Of a DNA stretch of 46,150 nt, positions 35,598 through 44,463 are shown piece by piece. This DNA comes from Escherichia phage vB_EcoD_SU57: sequence record MT511058.1. One strand, given 5' to 3'. A program made the position numbers and the translations under genes. Under the pieces are notes generated by a model, which ran no database searches, had not been told where the DNA came from, and saw nothing but the letters and a program-made list of their open reading frames with translations. Within the stretch, counting starts at the first letter, position 1. Each line of letters opens with the position of its first letter.

Positions 35598-36017
35598 ATG
35601 AATATTACAGATAAGGTCGATTACATTGAATTTTACCCTGGCCCGGTTAAGTCATGCCCTAAGGAGGATGACGAACAAATCTTTTGCTCTGATTGGGTTA
35701 AGTATAACTACCCAGATATGGTATTTTTCCATTGCGTGAATGAGGGAAAGAAAACCATTGGTCAAGCAAGAAAAGACCAGGCTAAGGGGCTTCTAAAAGG
35801 CGTATCAGACTGTATGTTTCTTATTCCTGAATCACTTCGAGGTAAGTATCCTTTCGGGGCTATAGAGCTAAAGAGGGCTGGCAAAACTCAAGCAAGTCCA
35901 GTCAGCGAAGAACAGAAAGCATTTCTGAAAAGTGTAGTGGAATCAGGCGGTTTCTCGGCAGTCGCCTACGGACGTGAGGGTTTTCTTGCAGCATTCAAAG
36001 AAATGATTTCAAAATAG
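35598..36017 (+). CDS. VRR-NUC domain nuclease
   Basis: D...ELK PD-(D/E)xK-like core in about 140 aa protein directly after helicase. Confidence 0.65.
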   Translation: MNITDKVDYIEFYPGPVKSCPKEDDEQIFCSDWVKYNYPDMVFFHCVNEGKKTIGQARKDQAKGLLKGVSDCMFLIPESLRGKYPFGAIELKRAGKTQASPVSEEQKAFLKSVVESGGFSAVAYGREGFLAAFKEMISK

Positions 36018-36057
36018 CACGAATTGCTAAAGACGATTTTAAAATATGGGGTATAGT
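36014..36057 (+). promoter_or_regulatory. box ATAGCACGAATTGCTAAAG plus TATAGT at 22 nt
   Basis: perfect consensus; overlaps VRR-NUC stop. Confidence 0.55.
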
Positions 36058-36093
36058 TACTACATCGAAACGAAACACAAAGAGAGAAATAAA

Positions 36094-36288
36094 ATGGCTA
36101 CTATCTACACTGGAAAATTCTACGAATCACGCAAAACTGGTTATAAATACCAACTTGTTATCACTGAAGATGGTTATGTACTTGATGATGAAGAGGGTTA
36201 CGCATTAGAGGTTAGCCCAACATACAAAGATGATTTAGAGACAGTTAAAAATATATTTGGCGAAAAATTTGATGAGGTATCAGAATGA
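36094..36288 (+). CDS. hypothetical protein (64 aa)
   Basis: ATG 36094 after conserved CATCGAAACGAAAC leader; track start lies in promoter. Confidence 0.5.
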   Translation: MATIYTGKFYESRKTGYKYQLVITEDGYVLDDEEGYALEVSPTYKDDLETVKNIFGEKFDEVSE

Positions 36289-36443
36289 GAGAGGCAATCG
36301 TAAACTTTAAAACCGGAGAGGATTCAAAATTCTTCTTCAATACATTCTCACAATACATTGACAAGTTTGTTTTCGTAATTGATGGTGGATGCGAGGTTGT
36401 TGTTCCTATTAAGCTAATTGATGGGTTGGGAGTATCAGAATAA
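36285..36443 (+). CDS. small hypothetical protein (52 aa)
   Basis: start-stop overlap with neighbours; below track cutoff. Confidence 0.3.
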   Translation: MREAIVNFKTGEDSKFFFNTFSQYIDKFVFVIDGGCEVVVPIKLIDGLGVSE

Positions 36444-36664
36444 TGGCAACCTTTACATTTGAGCACCAATGGGAAGTATTTAAGTTAATGACGTTGCAGG
36501 AATTGCTTAAGGCTGGTTATAAAAAGCATGCTCCATCACTAGCTGAATGCCTGGATATGAGCTTTGAAGAAGACTATCTGAACACCAATATCGAAACATG
36601 GCGAGACCGAATGGTTGCTGATATCGAAGAAATGAAAAAAGATTGCCCGGAGGATTTCTTATGA
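36443..36664 (+). CDS. hypothetical protein (73 aa)
   Basis: ORF, TAATG overlap. Confidence 0.45.
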   Translation: MATFTFEHQWEVFKLMTLQELLKAGYKKHAPSLAECLDMSFEEDYLNTNIETWRDRMVADIEEMKKDCPEDFL

Positions 36665-36858
36665 TTAACGAAAGGCCTTTTGTTGTTACATTTAAGCCAA
36701 GAAACAAACCCAGAATGGAGATTGACGAATACTTACTAAAATACGGAAATAGCTATTTTGTTCTTGAGATCTCAGCCTACTCGGATAGGTATATTGTTCG
36801 CAACGATGCTGGTATGGTTGTTAGTGTTTCAAAATTGGATGTTGAGATTGTGAGATGA
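36661..36858 (+). CDS. hypothetical protein (65 aa)
   Basis: ATGA overlap with upstream gene. Confidence 0.45.
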   Translation: MINERPFVVTFKPRNKPRMEIDEYLLKYGNSYFVLEISAYSDRYIVRNDAGMVVSVSKLDVEIVR

Positions 36859-37046
36859 TTACTGCGACTTGCGTGCGTGCAAACGGCTCGTTTACTTTAT
36901 TTGAGGATTACGAATTCAACTTTCATTCAGATGAGGTAACAGTATTGAGCGATGATGGGTGCTATTGGTTCGTTAGTTATCAAGGTGATGGTTATTACGG
37001 TTGCAGAGACGCGGAAGGAAAAGAAGTTAGTTTCTTAGTCGAGTAG
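36855..37046 (+). CDS. hypothetical protein (63 aa)
   Basis: ORF ending at TAG inside box. Confidence 0.45.
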   Translation: MITATCVRANGSFTLFEDYEFNFHSDEVTVLSDDGCYWFVSYQGDGYYGCRDAEGKEVSFLVE

Positions 37047-37086
37047 CACTTTTTGTTAAAGCTCAAATCCAGGGATGGATTATATT
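37043..37086 (+). promoter_or_regulatory. box variant GTAGCACTTTTTGTTAAAG plus TATATT at 22 nt
   Basis: fixed phasing. Confidence 0.5.
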
Positions 37087-37116
37087 AAACACATCAACAA
37101 CACAGAGGGTTAAGAG

Positions 37117-37242
37117 ATGAAAATTGCAGACAAAGAGATGTTCGAAATTGCACAGACTTATGCAAATGACGCAGTTAAAAACGGTTCAGAATGGTCATGG
37201 ATGTGCGCAAAAGAATACCTAAAAATGGCTTACGGATTATGA
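37117..37242 (+). CDS. small hypothetical protein (41 aa)
   Basis: ATG after AGAGGG RBS downstream of box promoter. Confidence 0.3.
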   Translation: MKIADKEMFEIAQTYANDAVKNGSEWSWMCAKEYLKMAYGL

Positions 37243-37487
37243 TAGTAGAAACAGGACGAGCAGCCGTATGGGCGCATTGTGGTGAAGCTGGATTGCAAGA
37301 TGACATTAAGCAGATATCTAGATTCTTTGATATAAAAGATATCAGCGTCGTGTTCAATGGCAAATTCTCTTACATGGATGAGCGCCCAAGAAAATACGTA
37401 AGAGTTAAGCCAGGCGTCAGGATTGATGTTAACGAGTTCCTTAAATCTGAGGGATTCAAGTTTAAGATAACGAAGCCTAAGGATTGA
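37239..37487 (+). CDS. hypothetical protein (82 aa)
   Basis: ATGA overlap with upstream small ORF. Confidence 0.4.
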   Translation: MIVETGRAAVWAHCGEAGLQDDIKQISRFFDIKDISVVFNGKFSYMDERPRKYVRVKPGVRIDVNEFLKSEGFKFKITKPKD

Positions 37488-37489
37488 GT

Positions 37490-37741
37490 ATGTTTGGTTT
37501 AGATTTTCAGCCAGAGCATTACGATTTAGTATATGGTCAAAGTGGTGCAAAGTTTAGAGCGATACCTATTGCTGATTGGTTCCCTCCTGATTATGTGGAT
37601 GTGAACGCAAAAACTAAAGACGGGAAGTGGGTTCAGATTTACTACTCCCCAGCATGCGGAAACCTTTGTATGACTGACCTTGATCAGAAATTAGCAATTA
37701 GTGCGGAAGTTATCGACTACTGGTTGAAAGAAGTTGAATGA
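37490..37741 (+). CDS. hypothetical protein (83 aa)
   Basis: ATG 37490 after GGATTGAG. Confidence 0.45.
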   Translation: MFGLDFQPEHYDLVYGQSGAKFRAIPIADWFPPDYVDVNAKTKDGKWVQIYYSPACGNLCMTDLDQKLAISAEVIDYWLKEVE

Positions 37742-37824
37742 AGAGCCTGATACTAGTAGCATTAGTCCAACTATTTAGCTTTACTATCTTATATTTTATC
37801 GTAATGAATTAAGGAACTTATATA

Positions 37825-38955
37825 ATGGCAACTGCAAAAATCACTAACGAACAATTGCGCGAAGAACTGGCTAATGGCATGACCAACAAGGCAATAGCAG
37901 AGAAGTATGGAATGAACATTCGCAACGTTGAATTGCGTCGCAGTAAGCTGGCAAAATCAGGCGAGCTTCATGGAAACCCTGGTATCAAGAAGTTAGTCCC
38001 TGACGGTTATATGGTCAAAGGAACTTCAACGATGATTGACGCGGCGGGTAATGAAAAGCTTCGCTGGGTTAAAACCTCTGTAGATAATGAGCGCCTTGAG
38101 GTTTTAATGGAGCAAGCTAGAGAGGCATTTTGTTCTGAGTTGCCAAAAGCAGATGCGGTCAGCCACTCAGGCAACGAAGTTAACTCTGAATTAATGACTC
38201 TTTACCCTATTTTCGATATCCATATCGGCATGATGGCGCATCGCCATGAATCTGGTGAGAATTATGACACTAACACGGCAGAGAAATTAATGGAATCATA
38301 TTTCGACCATGCAATTTCTGTATCACCTGCGTCAGAGAAAGCCGTTGTTTTAGTTGGCGGCGACTTCCTTCACTCTGACGGATTGGAAGCTGTAACCCCA
38401 GCGAGCGGACACTGCCTTGATCAGGATAGCCGGTATGCTAAGTTAGTTTATGTTGCGATTCGATCGATTCGTGCCGCGGTAGAGAAGATGCTTAAGAAGC
38501 ATAAGAATGTCGAGATTCAGATTATAGAGGGAAATCATGACCAAAGCGGCATGATCTGGCTTCGCGCTGCAATGGCTGCATTTTATGAAAACGAGAATCG
38601 CGTGTTTGTTGATACCAGTCCAGCAATCATGCACAAGACGCGATTTGGCTCAACATTACTTGGTTACACGCATGGTCACACAATGAAGAAAGCCGAGGGT
38701 CGACTCGCAGCAATGGCGACCGACTACCGCAAAGACTTTGGTGAGTGTGAGTTTGTTTACTGCCACTCCGGGCATTTTCACCATGCAACTGTTACAGAGT
38801 GCACACTTGGTATTGACGAGGTTCACCCAGCACTGGCCAGTAAGGACGCATATGCCGCACGTGGAGGTTGGCGCTCATACCGTCAAGCGGCTGCGATAGT
38901 TTACCACAAGAATTTTGGCGAGGTTGGTCGCCATATTTACCGCCCAGGCATGTAA
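37825..38955 (+). CDS. metallophosphoesterase (calcineurin-like) with N-terminal HTH domain
   Basis: D.H, GGDFLH, GNHD, GHTH metal-binding motifs; N-terminal HTH-like segment. Confidence 0.65.
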   Translation: MATAKITNEQLREELANGMTNKAIAEKYGMNIRNVELRRSKLAKSGELHGNPGIKKLVPDGYMVKGTSTMIDAAGNEKLRWVKTSVDNERLEVLMEQAREAFCSELPKADAVSHSGNEVNSELMTLYPIFDIHIGMMAHRHESGENYDTNTAEKLMESYFDHAISVSPASEKAVVLVGGDFLHSDGLEAVTPASGHCLDQDSRYAKLVYVAIRSIRAAVEKMLKKHKNVEIQIIEGNHDQSGMIWLRAAMAAFYENENRVFVDTSPAIMHKTRFGSTLLGYTHGHTMKKAEGRLAAMATDYRKDFGECEFVYCHSGHFHHATVTECTLGIDEVHPALASKDAYAARGGWRSYRQAAAIVYHKNFGEVGRHIYRPGM

Positions 38956-38999
38956 ATAGCACATTTTGTTAATAAAGCCTCAAAGGATTGAGGCAAAAT
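38956..38999 (+). promoter_or_regulatory. box variant ATAGCACATTTTGTTAATAAAG (weak hexamer)
   Basis: box overlaps stop codon region. Confidence 0.35.
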
Positions 39000-39029
39000 G
39001 AATAAACGATAACGAGATGAGGAGTTATA

Positions 39030-39503
39030 ATGATTTACGTATTTGATATTGACGGAACTATAGCTAATAATGAGCATAGAAATCACCTTTTACCATCCAG
39101 TGACCTTCACTTGACTTCAAGTTGGAAGTATTACAATAAAGCCTGTTCTGGAGACTCACCAATAATCCCAATGATAAACATGATGAACAAACTTGCGGAA
39201 TTATGTCCTGTTTACATAATGACATCCAGAAGTGATGAAGTTGAATGGAGAACCCTTGAGTGGCTTCAGGATAATGAGGTTGAGTATGATTCTATATACA
39301 TGAGAAGTCGATATGACAACCGAAAAGATTACAAAATAAAAGAGGAATGGCTTAATGAAATCAGTGGTGGCGATAAAGGAAGTGTGGTTATTTTTGAAGA
39401 TAACCCACAAGTAATTAAGCACCTAAGAAGTTGCGGATACACCGTTATGGCTGTATGTGAATATGAAGAACTACCTAAAGATTGCGAATCTCACGGAGAA
39501 TGA
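39030..39503 (+). CDS. HAD-superfamily phosphatase (polynucleotide 3-prime-phosphatase-like)
   Basis: N-terminal DIDGT motif. Confidence 0.55.
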   Translation: MIYVFDIDGTIANNEHRNHLLPSSDLHLTSSWKYYNKACSGDSPIIPMINMMNKLAELCPVYIMTSRSDEVEWRTLEWLQDNEVEYDSIYMRSRYDNRKDYKIKEEWLNEISGGDKGSVVIFEDNPQVIKHLRSCGYTVMAVCEYEELPKDCESHGE

Positions 39504-39505
39504 AA

Positions 39506-40060
39506 ATGACTAAATTATTTATCCTTAATGGCCCCGCTGGAGTTGGAAAGGACACTATAGCGGATATCATGGTTGAGACTGGTGTAGCCAAAGAAAAGGT
39601 ATCATTCAAGTCACCAATGTTTAACGTTGCAAAAGGAATGCTATCAAGCGATGAATTTGATGGATTCATCAAGAATTACGACAATAGAGACTATAAGGAA
39701 TCGCCTCATGGATTTCTTGGCGGTATGACAGTTCGTGAATTTATGATTTGGATTAGCGAGTCTGTAATGAAGCCAGTCTTTGGTGATGATATTTTCGGTA
39801 AAAGGCTAGCCAAGTCACTTGGTGATGGTTGCTACATTTGCGCTGATGGTGGATTTGCTAGCGAGATTAAGCCACTGATCGACGCTGGTGTTGAGGTCAC
39901 GTTAATCAGATTGCATAGGGCAGGGTACACATTTGATGGCGATAGTCGCTCATACATTCACGGGGTGTGCGCAAGAGAAATTGATGTTCGTGTTGTTGAT
40001 TGTGATATTGATGGAACATCAGCATTGGTAAGGCACGTAATAAATAGCACGAATTGCTAA
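39506..40060 (+). CDS. P-loop kinase (nucleotide or polynucleotide kinase-like)
   Basis: Walker A GPAGVGKDT; start at ATG 39506 after GGAG; C-terminus NSTNC encoded by box. Confidence 0.55.
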   Translation: MTKLFILNGPAGVGKDTIADIMVETGVAKEKVSFKSPMFNVAKGMLSSDEFDGFIKNYDNRDYKESPHGFLGGMTVREFMIWISESVMKPVFGDDIFGKRLAKSLGDGCYICADGGFASEIKPLIDAGVEVTLIRLHRAGYTFDGDSRSYIHGVCAREIDVRVVDCDIDGTSALVRHVINSTNC

Positions 40061-40087
40061 AGATAATAATAAAAACTGAGTTATCAT
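40044..40087 (+). promoter_or_regulatory. box ATAGCACGAATTGCTAAAG plus TATCAT at 22 nt
   Basis: perfect consensus, embedded in kinase gene 3 prime end. Confidence 0.5.
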
Positions 40088-40128
40088 TAACACATCGAAA
40101 CGAGATGAAACAAAAGAGGAAGCACAAA

Positions 40129-40305
40129 ATGACTAAAATGATTTATTGCACCAAAAACAACTCCAAGACGCTGCCATTTACAGTTAACCAGCCGTACAAT
40201 GCAGAGTATCAAGGTGACGGATACTACAAGATTTATGGCGACGATATGACGTGGATTTTAGCGCCGATTGATGGTTCGCTGGTTGAATTTATTATCGCAG
40301 ACTAG
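40129..40305 (+). CDS. hypothetical protein (58 aa)
   Basis: ATG after conserved CATCGAAACGAGA leader and AGAGGAAG RBS. Confidence 0.45.
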   Translation: MTKMIYCTKNNSKTLPFTVNQPYNAEYQGDGYYKIYGDDMTWILAPIDGSLVEFIIAD

Positions 40306-40331
40306 CGCATCTAAAACATAGCTTTACAAGT

Positions 40332-40357
40332 GGGGGGCCTTTTGGCTCCCCTTTTTT
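40332..40357 (+). terminator. rho-independent terminator (GGGGGGCC TTTT GGCTCCCC plus T-run)
   Basis: hairpin plus T-run. Confidence 0.6.
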
Positions 40358-40436
40358 ATGCTTCTTTTCCGAGCGGGGCTGCTGTATCATTCTTTTACTA
40401 ACTTAAACATTGACAGATAGACAAATGGAGGATCAC

Positions 40437-40652
40437 ATGAGGGAAGTAATCAACGCCGCTACGGCGTCAACTGGAGGGGCAGCGGTAACTGGAGCGGCAA
40501 CTGGTCAGATGACTATAGCAATAATCAGCCTTATCGCTTTAATCATTTTTGGTGCGTGGGGTGCTTACTGGAAGTTTAAGGATAGCCAGGCGATTCGGCG
40601 CGCTCTTGAATCAGGAGACTTAAAAACAGCAATCAAGATAAGGAGTAAGTAA
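40437..40652 (+). CDS. holin (single TMD, putative pinholin-type)
   Basis: 71 aa, one hydrophobic helix, charged C-terminus, directly upstream of endolysin; GGAGG RBS. Confidence 0.6.
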   Translation: MREVINAATASTGGAAVTGAATGQMTIAIISLIALIIFGAWGAYWKFKDSQAIRRALESGDLKTAIKIRSK

Positions 40653-41138
40653 ATGAAGCAGAGGCTGCTAATTAGCGCGGCTACGGCTGCGGCAATATAC
40701 ATCGCAGCACCGCTTATTGAGCTCGTAGAGGGTGTGGAAAACAAGCCTTACATGGACATTGCTGGAATCCCTACTGTTTGCTCTGGCGTTACTGGCCCTG
40801 ACGTTGTTTGGGGTAAGACCTACAGCAACAGGGAATGCCGGAACTTACTGGAGAAGCACATTCAGATTCATGCCAGGCATGTTCAGAATGCAGTTACCTA
40901 CCCAATCGCACCTCAGACAAGAGCGGCTTTAATCAGCTTTAGCTACAACGTTGGTGGAAATGCGATGAGGAATTCAACGGCAGTTCGACTTATTAATCAG
41001 GGTAAAGTTGAGCAGGGTTGCAATGCTCTCGGGATGTGGAATAAGGCTCGGGTTAACGGAAAGCTAAAGGTAGTTAAAGGCCTAGTTAACAGGAGAAACG
41101 AGGAGATTAAGTTATGCTTAAGTGGATTGCAGCGTTAG
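40653..41138 (+). CDS. endolysin, lysozyme-type with N-terminal signal-anchor-release (SAR) domain
   Basis: weakly hydrophobic Ala-rich N-terminus followed by lysozyme-like E..D..T catalytic region. Confidence 0.7.
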   Translation: MKQRLLISAATAAAIYIAAPLIELVEGVENKPYMDIAGIPTVCSGVTGPDVVWGKTYSNRECRNLLEKHIQIHARHVQNAVTYPIAPQTRAALISFSYNVGGNAMRNSTAVRLINQGKVEQGCNALGMWNKARVNGKLKVVKGLVNRRNEEIKLCLSGLQR

Positions 41139-41503
41139 TAGTGTGCGTAGCTTTATCTGGATGCTCAGCAACAGATGCGCTGACTGGTTTGATTGGAAGT
41201 AAGCCGGAAATTAGCGCTCAGGCCGGAGCGGAAAACAATAAGGTTGGTGTTGGGTTAACGAACAAGGTTGACTCCAGCAGCTCCAGTGAAGCAACTGTTA
41301 AAGATTCTAAGGTTGGGTCACTGGATAGCTCGAGCGGGAAAAAGACTGCTGACAACTCGATTAAGGCATCTACAATCACCGCAGAAAAGATTGAGATTAC
41401 CAACAACGACTCATCCGCACTTCCATGGATTGGAACAGGAGCTATGGGGTTACTTGTTTTTATCCTCCTGACTGTAATCTTAAGACGTAAAAAAGCCTCC
41501 TGA
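41114..41503 (+). CDS. unimolecular spanin (N-terminal lipoprotein signal, C-terminal TMD)
   Basis: lipobox LSGC, Ser-rich periplasmic segment, C-terminal transmembrane helix; start embedded in endolysin gene. Confidence 0.65.
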   Translation: MLKWIAALVVCVALSGCSATDALTGLIGSKPEISAQAGAENNKVGVGLTNKVDSSSSSEATVKDSKVGSLDSSSGKKTADNSIKASTITAEKIEITNNDSSALPWIGTGAMGLLVFILLTVILRRKKAS

Positions 41504-41520
41504 TGGAGGCTATATTTTTA
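41488..41520. terminator. bidirectional terminator (GCCTCC TGAT GGAGGC)
   Basis: hairpin spanning spanin stop, between convergent genes. Confidence 0.55.
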
Positions 41521-41853
41521 GCTAAATAACTCGTCGTCAGCCATTGTTCCTATATTCATCATCTCTTTTATGTACTTGCTTTCATAACCGTTAAGTGCCT
41601 CGAAGTTAAACCCAAATGGCCTATTCAAACTCCCCTTGCTAACAAACTCCCCGCACTTACCATCAATGTAACCCATACTAAGCATCTTCGCGCAGAACTC
41701 TTTTGAAGCCGCGCTGCAAAACTCTCGATGTGATAAACCCGCTGCCTTGCTGAACCTCTCAGAGTCCTTATGCTGGTATATGAATCTCGCCAAATGCTGG
41801 CGAGTGAAGTATGAATATGACTCGCAGAACTTAAATATATCGAGAAGAAACAA
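41518..41853 (-). CDS. hypothetical protein (111 aa)
   Basis: ORF; possible TTG start after GGGAGG. Confidence 0.45.
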   Translation of the reverse strand: MFLLDIFKFCESYSYFTRQHLARFIYQHKDSERFSKAAGLSHREFCSAASKEFCAKMLSMGYIDGKCGEFVSKGSLNRPFGFNFEALNGYESKYIKEMMNIGTMADDELFS

Positions 41854-41855
41854 AG

Positions 41856-42386
41856 CTACCTCCCGTGATTATCATGGTAAGAAAGCGAGATCTCAGCAGA
41901 TTTTCTTGCGCATGCTGCATCAAAAATATTATCGTAATAACCAAGACTGGTAGTTTTCCCATTGACCCCTATCTGCGAAAAGTATTTTCCACTCTTATTT
42001 ATTGTTACGCCAGATATTCCAGTCTTATTCCTCTTATTCATTGATAGGTTCTTCTGGTTGCATTGCCTTGACACCAGCCTTAGATTTTCAACTCTGTTGT
42101 CATTTCTTATGTGATTAATGTGATCAACTTGCATTCCTTCCGGTATACTTCCATTAATCATCTCCCATATAACCCTATGAGCCATATATCTTTCCCCATA
42201 TATACCAAGAAGTATATAACCACAACCTTTATCATCAAGGCATCCAGCTACCTTGCCAGCGTATTGGGTGTTGCACTTATTCATTGTTCTAACCTGAGAG
42301 AAGTGACTTAAAGGCCTTATTTTCCATATCAGTTTTCCATTTTTGTAATAAAAATATTCATGCCAGTTCATTTCCGCTAACTCCAT
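41856..42386 (-). CDS. HNH homing endonuclease with AP2-like DNA-binding domain
   Basis: HNH motif VDHINHIRNDNRVENLR followed by AP2-like ISGV...GYY..AA.AR; start ambiguous (42386 or 42371). Confidence 0.8.
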   Translation of the reverse strand: MELAEMNWHEYFYYKNGKLIWKIRPLSHFSQVRTMNKCNTQYAGKVAGCLDDKGCGYILLGIYGERYMAHRVIWEMINGSIPEGMQVDHINHIRNDNRVENLRLVSRQCNQKNLSMNKRNKTGISGVTINKSGKYFSQIGVNGKTTSLGYYDNIFDAACARKSAEISLSYHDNHGR

Positions 42387-42400
42387 CGTGTTTGCCTATG

Positions 42401-42448
42401 CAAACAATAACAAAAGCCCACTAGGGGCTTTTAACAAAAAATGCTATT
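42401..42448 (-). promoter_or_regulatory. box variant (ATAGCATTTTTTGTTAAAAG, reverse) fused to a hairpin terminator, between DUF3987-like and HNH genes
   Basis: box directly after stop at 42454; stem AGCCC/GGGCT follows; no clear -10. Confidence 0.4.
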
Positions 42449-42453
42449 TATCA

Positions 42454-44037
42454 TCACCCAAGCAATCTCGGATTAATGTAAACTTTATCACCAATCAGGC
42501 ACGTGTAGTTTTTCTCGTCAAGCATTGGCAGCAAGTGATCTTTAATCTTCGTCATTACCCCCGCCTGGGCTTCGAAAGGTTTAACCTTGCGCGCCGCCTC
42601 GTATAGGGAGCGAATACCTACTACGCCCTTCCCATTTTTGCCTTGCTTGATCAGTATGTCAATCAGCTTGTTCATCTCTGCACTGTCACCAGCGTGACCA
42701 GCGGCGTTAGCAGATGAAAGGTAAGTTTTGCTCAGTTCATTAAATATAATTACAGCCTCCTGCATGGTATCAAGCTCAATCTCCCTGGACTTCCGCGGAC
42801 TCCCGCCGTTAGGGTTGAACCAGTTACGAACAGTATGAAGAACAGCCGCAATCCTGATGGCCTGTTTATCAAACTTACCCAGCGCGCCTCGCAACATTGT
42901 ATGTGAATACTTCCCGCCATCAGCAAGGTGAGGTTCCATCTCCTGACGTGCTCGGTTGAGATACTTCATCGCTGAGTTGCTTACTGTCAGCTTAACATCT
43001 TGCTCATTCATTATTTCGTGAACCAGGCGGAAGTAGTCAGCCTTTAGCCCACCATCAATAGGTTCGTAAGTTGAGTCTCCATTTTCATCAACGAATACAC
43101 GCTCGCCCAGGAATGACTTTTCACGCACCAGCAGAAAACGTTCCGATACACCGATACCTCGCGCACCAGCATTCATGATTGCGTTTATTGTCTCATCTTG
43201 CGCAATTACAGAGATGCATCCCATAGCGACGAAACTCATGTTGTTTTCTGCGTTCGCACGCGCAATGGACACGTTACCAGCATCCCATGCTTTCAGCACA
43301 AGCTCGCTGTTCGTTTTCTTCGAGCCATCACCATAGGTCATACCTAGCAGAGAGTTCACGCTCGTTGCTTCATCAGAGATAACTGCGAAGTTGCCCTGGC
43401 GGTTGTTTATTCGCGCAAGACCTTCAGGCGTCGTATCTGATACTGGAAATACGATATCGCAAAGTTTCTCGAGTTTTTCCTCTAGTTCCTCTTTCTCTTC
43501 GAAGAGAGAAGCCATTTCTGAAGGTGATTTCTCCTGCTTCATCTCTTTGGATAATGCAGATAGTTTAGCCATGATCTTTTTGCGCTCACGCTTCCGCAAC
43601 TCATTCAGTCGCTCAGTCTCAGCAATCATTGGAGCAATTGAAAGTGAGTTGATTGCTGATTTACCTGTCGATGGCGGCTGACTGGTTACGACGTATAGAG
43701 AGGTCGGTTGCTGGGTTCCGTGATACTCAACAGTAAATCGCCCCAGCATGGAGGCAGAAATACACCCCAGAAAGTGCATATAAGCTGAAGACTCTGGAAA
43801 TTGAACCGAACGAGCAATATTGGCTGACAGTTTACCAACAACGTCAATATCATTGCCGAGTGAGATTACCGGGTATTTGTCATTTGCTGCATCAATCTCG
43901 ACCGGAGCCTTCCAGAATGATTGGGACTGGCGATAGCCATTGGCATTAATGGCGACTCGCAGTGGCGGGAGGTTGTCTGCGGCAGCAATGGCCATAACCT
44001 GTTCAACAGATAGTTTATCTTCGTTGAAATCGAACAT
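42454..44037 (-). CDS. DUF3987-like P-loop NTPase (putative replication or primase-associated protein)
   Basis: Walker A-like QPPSTGKS and Walker B-like FAVISDEA; 527 aa; termini shared with 1005-1529. Confidence 0.55.
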   Translation of the reverse strand: MFDFNEDKLSVEQVMAIAAADNLPPLRVAINANGYRQSQSFWKAPVEIDAANDKYPVISLGNDIDVVGKLSANIARSVQFPESSAYMHFLGCISASMLGRFTVEYHGTQQPTSLYVVTSQPPSTGKSAINSLSIAPMIAETERLNELRKRERKKIMAKLSALSKEMKQEKSPSEMASLFEEKEELEEKLEKLCDIVFPVSDTTPEGLARINNRQGNFAVISDEATSVNSLLGMTYGDGSKKTNSELVLKAWDAGNVSIARANAENNMSFVAMGCISVIAQDETINAIMNAGARGIGVSERFLLVREKSFLGERVFVDENGDSTYEPIDGGLKADYFRLVHEIMNEQDVKLTVSNSAMKYLNRARQEMEPHLADGGKYSHTMLRGALGKFDKQAIRIAAVLHTVRNWFNPNGGSPRKSREIELDTMQEAVIIFNELSKTYLSSANAAGHAGDSAEMNKLIDILIKQGKNGKGVVGIRSLYEAARKVKPFEAQAGVMTKIKDHLLPMLDEKNYTCLIGDKVYINPRLLG

Positions 44038-44067
44038 TACTTCTCTCCGTATTGTTTCTGAGCGGCC

Positions 44068-44112
44068 ATTATATCAACGACCTCTTATAATTCATTATCA
44101 ATTTGTGCTATT
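44068..44112 (-). promoter_or_regulatory. box variant (ATAGCACAAATTGATAA, reverse) plus TATAAT at 22 nt
   Basis: fixed phasing upstream of DUF3987-like gene. Confidence 0.5.
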
Positions 44113-44227
44113 AGTTGTTCTTAATCCAATTTAGACACATCCACAATCCAGCGCCATAAAATGCAATCTTAAGAATTTCAGCCAACAAAAGGATAATAAA
44201 GTAACCTCCACCAAGTAAATCAATCAT
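44111..44227 (-). CDS. small hydrophobic peptide (38 aa), possible membrane protein
   Basis: ATGA overlap with upstream gene; stop directly before box. Confidence 0.25.
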   Translation of the reverse strand: MIDLLGGGYFIILLLAEILKIAFYGAGLWMCLNWIKNN

Positions 44228-44463
44228 TTTTTAATCTCCATTTCCACAATTTCATAACTTATGTAATTATTTATCATTCCAATAAGTGATTTTGGGTATG
44301 CCTTCATGTGCTTCCTGGCTGAATCTTCATCAAGATGCGCTGATATGTTGTGAAAATTGTATTCATAATCCATGCCCATTAGTATGTATATCTTATGGTG
44401 CGCCTTAATGATGTTATTTGATTTTAATTCCCCAAGCGACCAGCCCTTTCCTTTTCTAATCAT
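44224..44463 (-). CDS. hypothetical protein (79 aa)
   Basis: ORF overlapping neighbours by 4 nt. Confidence 0.5.
   Translation of the reverse strand: MIRKGKGWSLGELKSNNIIKAHHKIYILMGMDYEYNFHNISAHLDEDSARKHMKAYPKSLIGMINNYISYEIVEMEIKK

Noticed and set aside
36046-36288. Track ORF start at 36046 (MGYSYYIETK...) and the analogous extension at 44861
   Set aside because: These N-termini are translations of the conserved -10 and leader sequence (GGGTATAGTTAC...CATCGAAACGA); the downstream ATGs with RBS are used instead.
40410-40415. Consensus TTGACA hexamer upstream of the holin gene as a -35 element
   Set aside because: It lies only about 20 nt from the holin start codon, leaving no room for a -10 element and transcript leader; probably coincidental.
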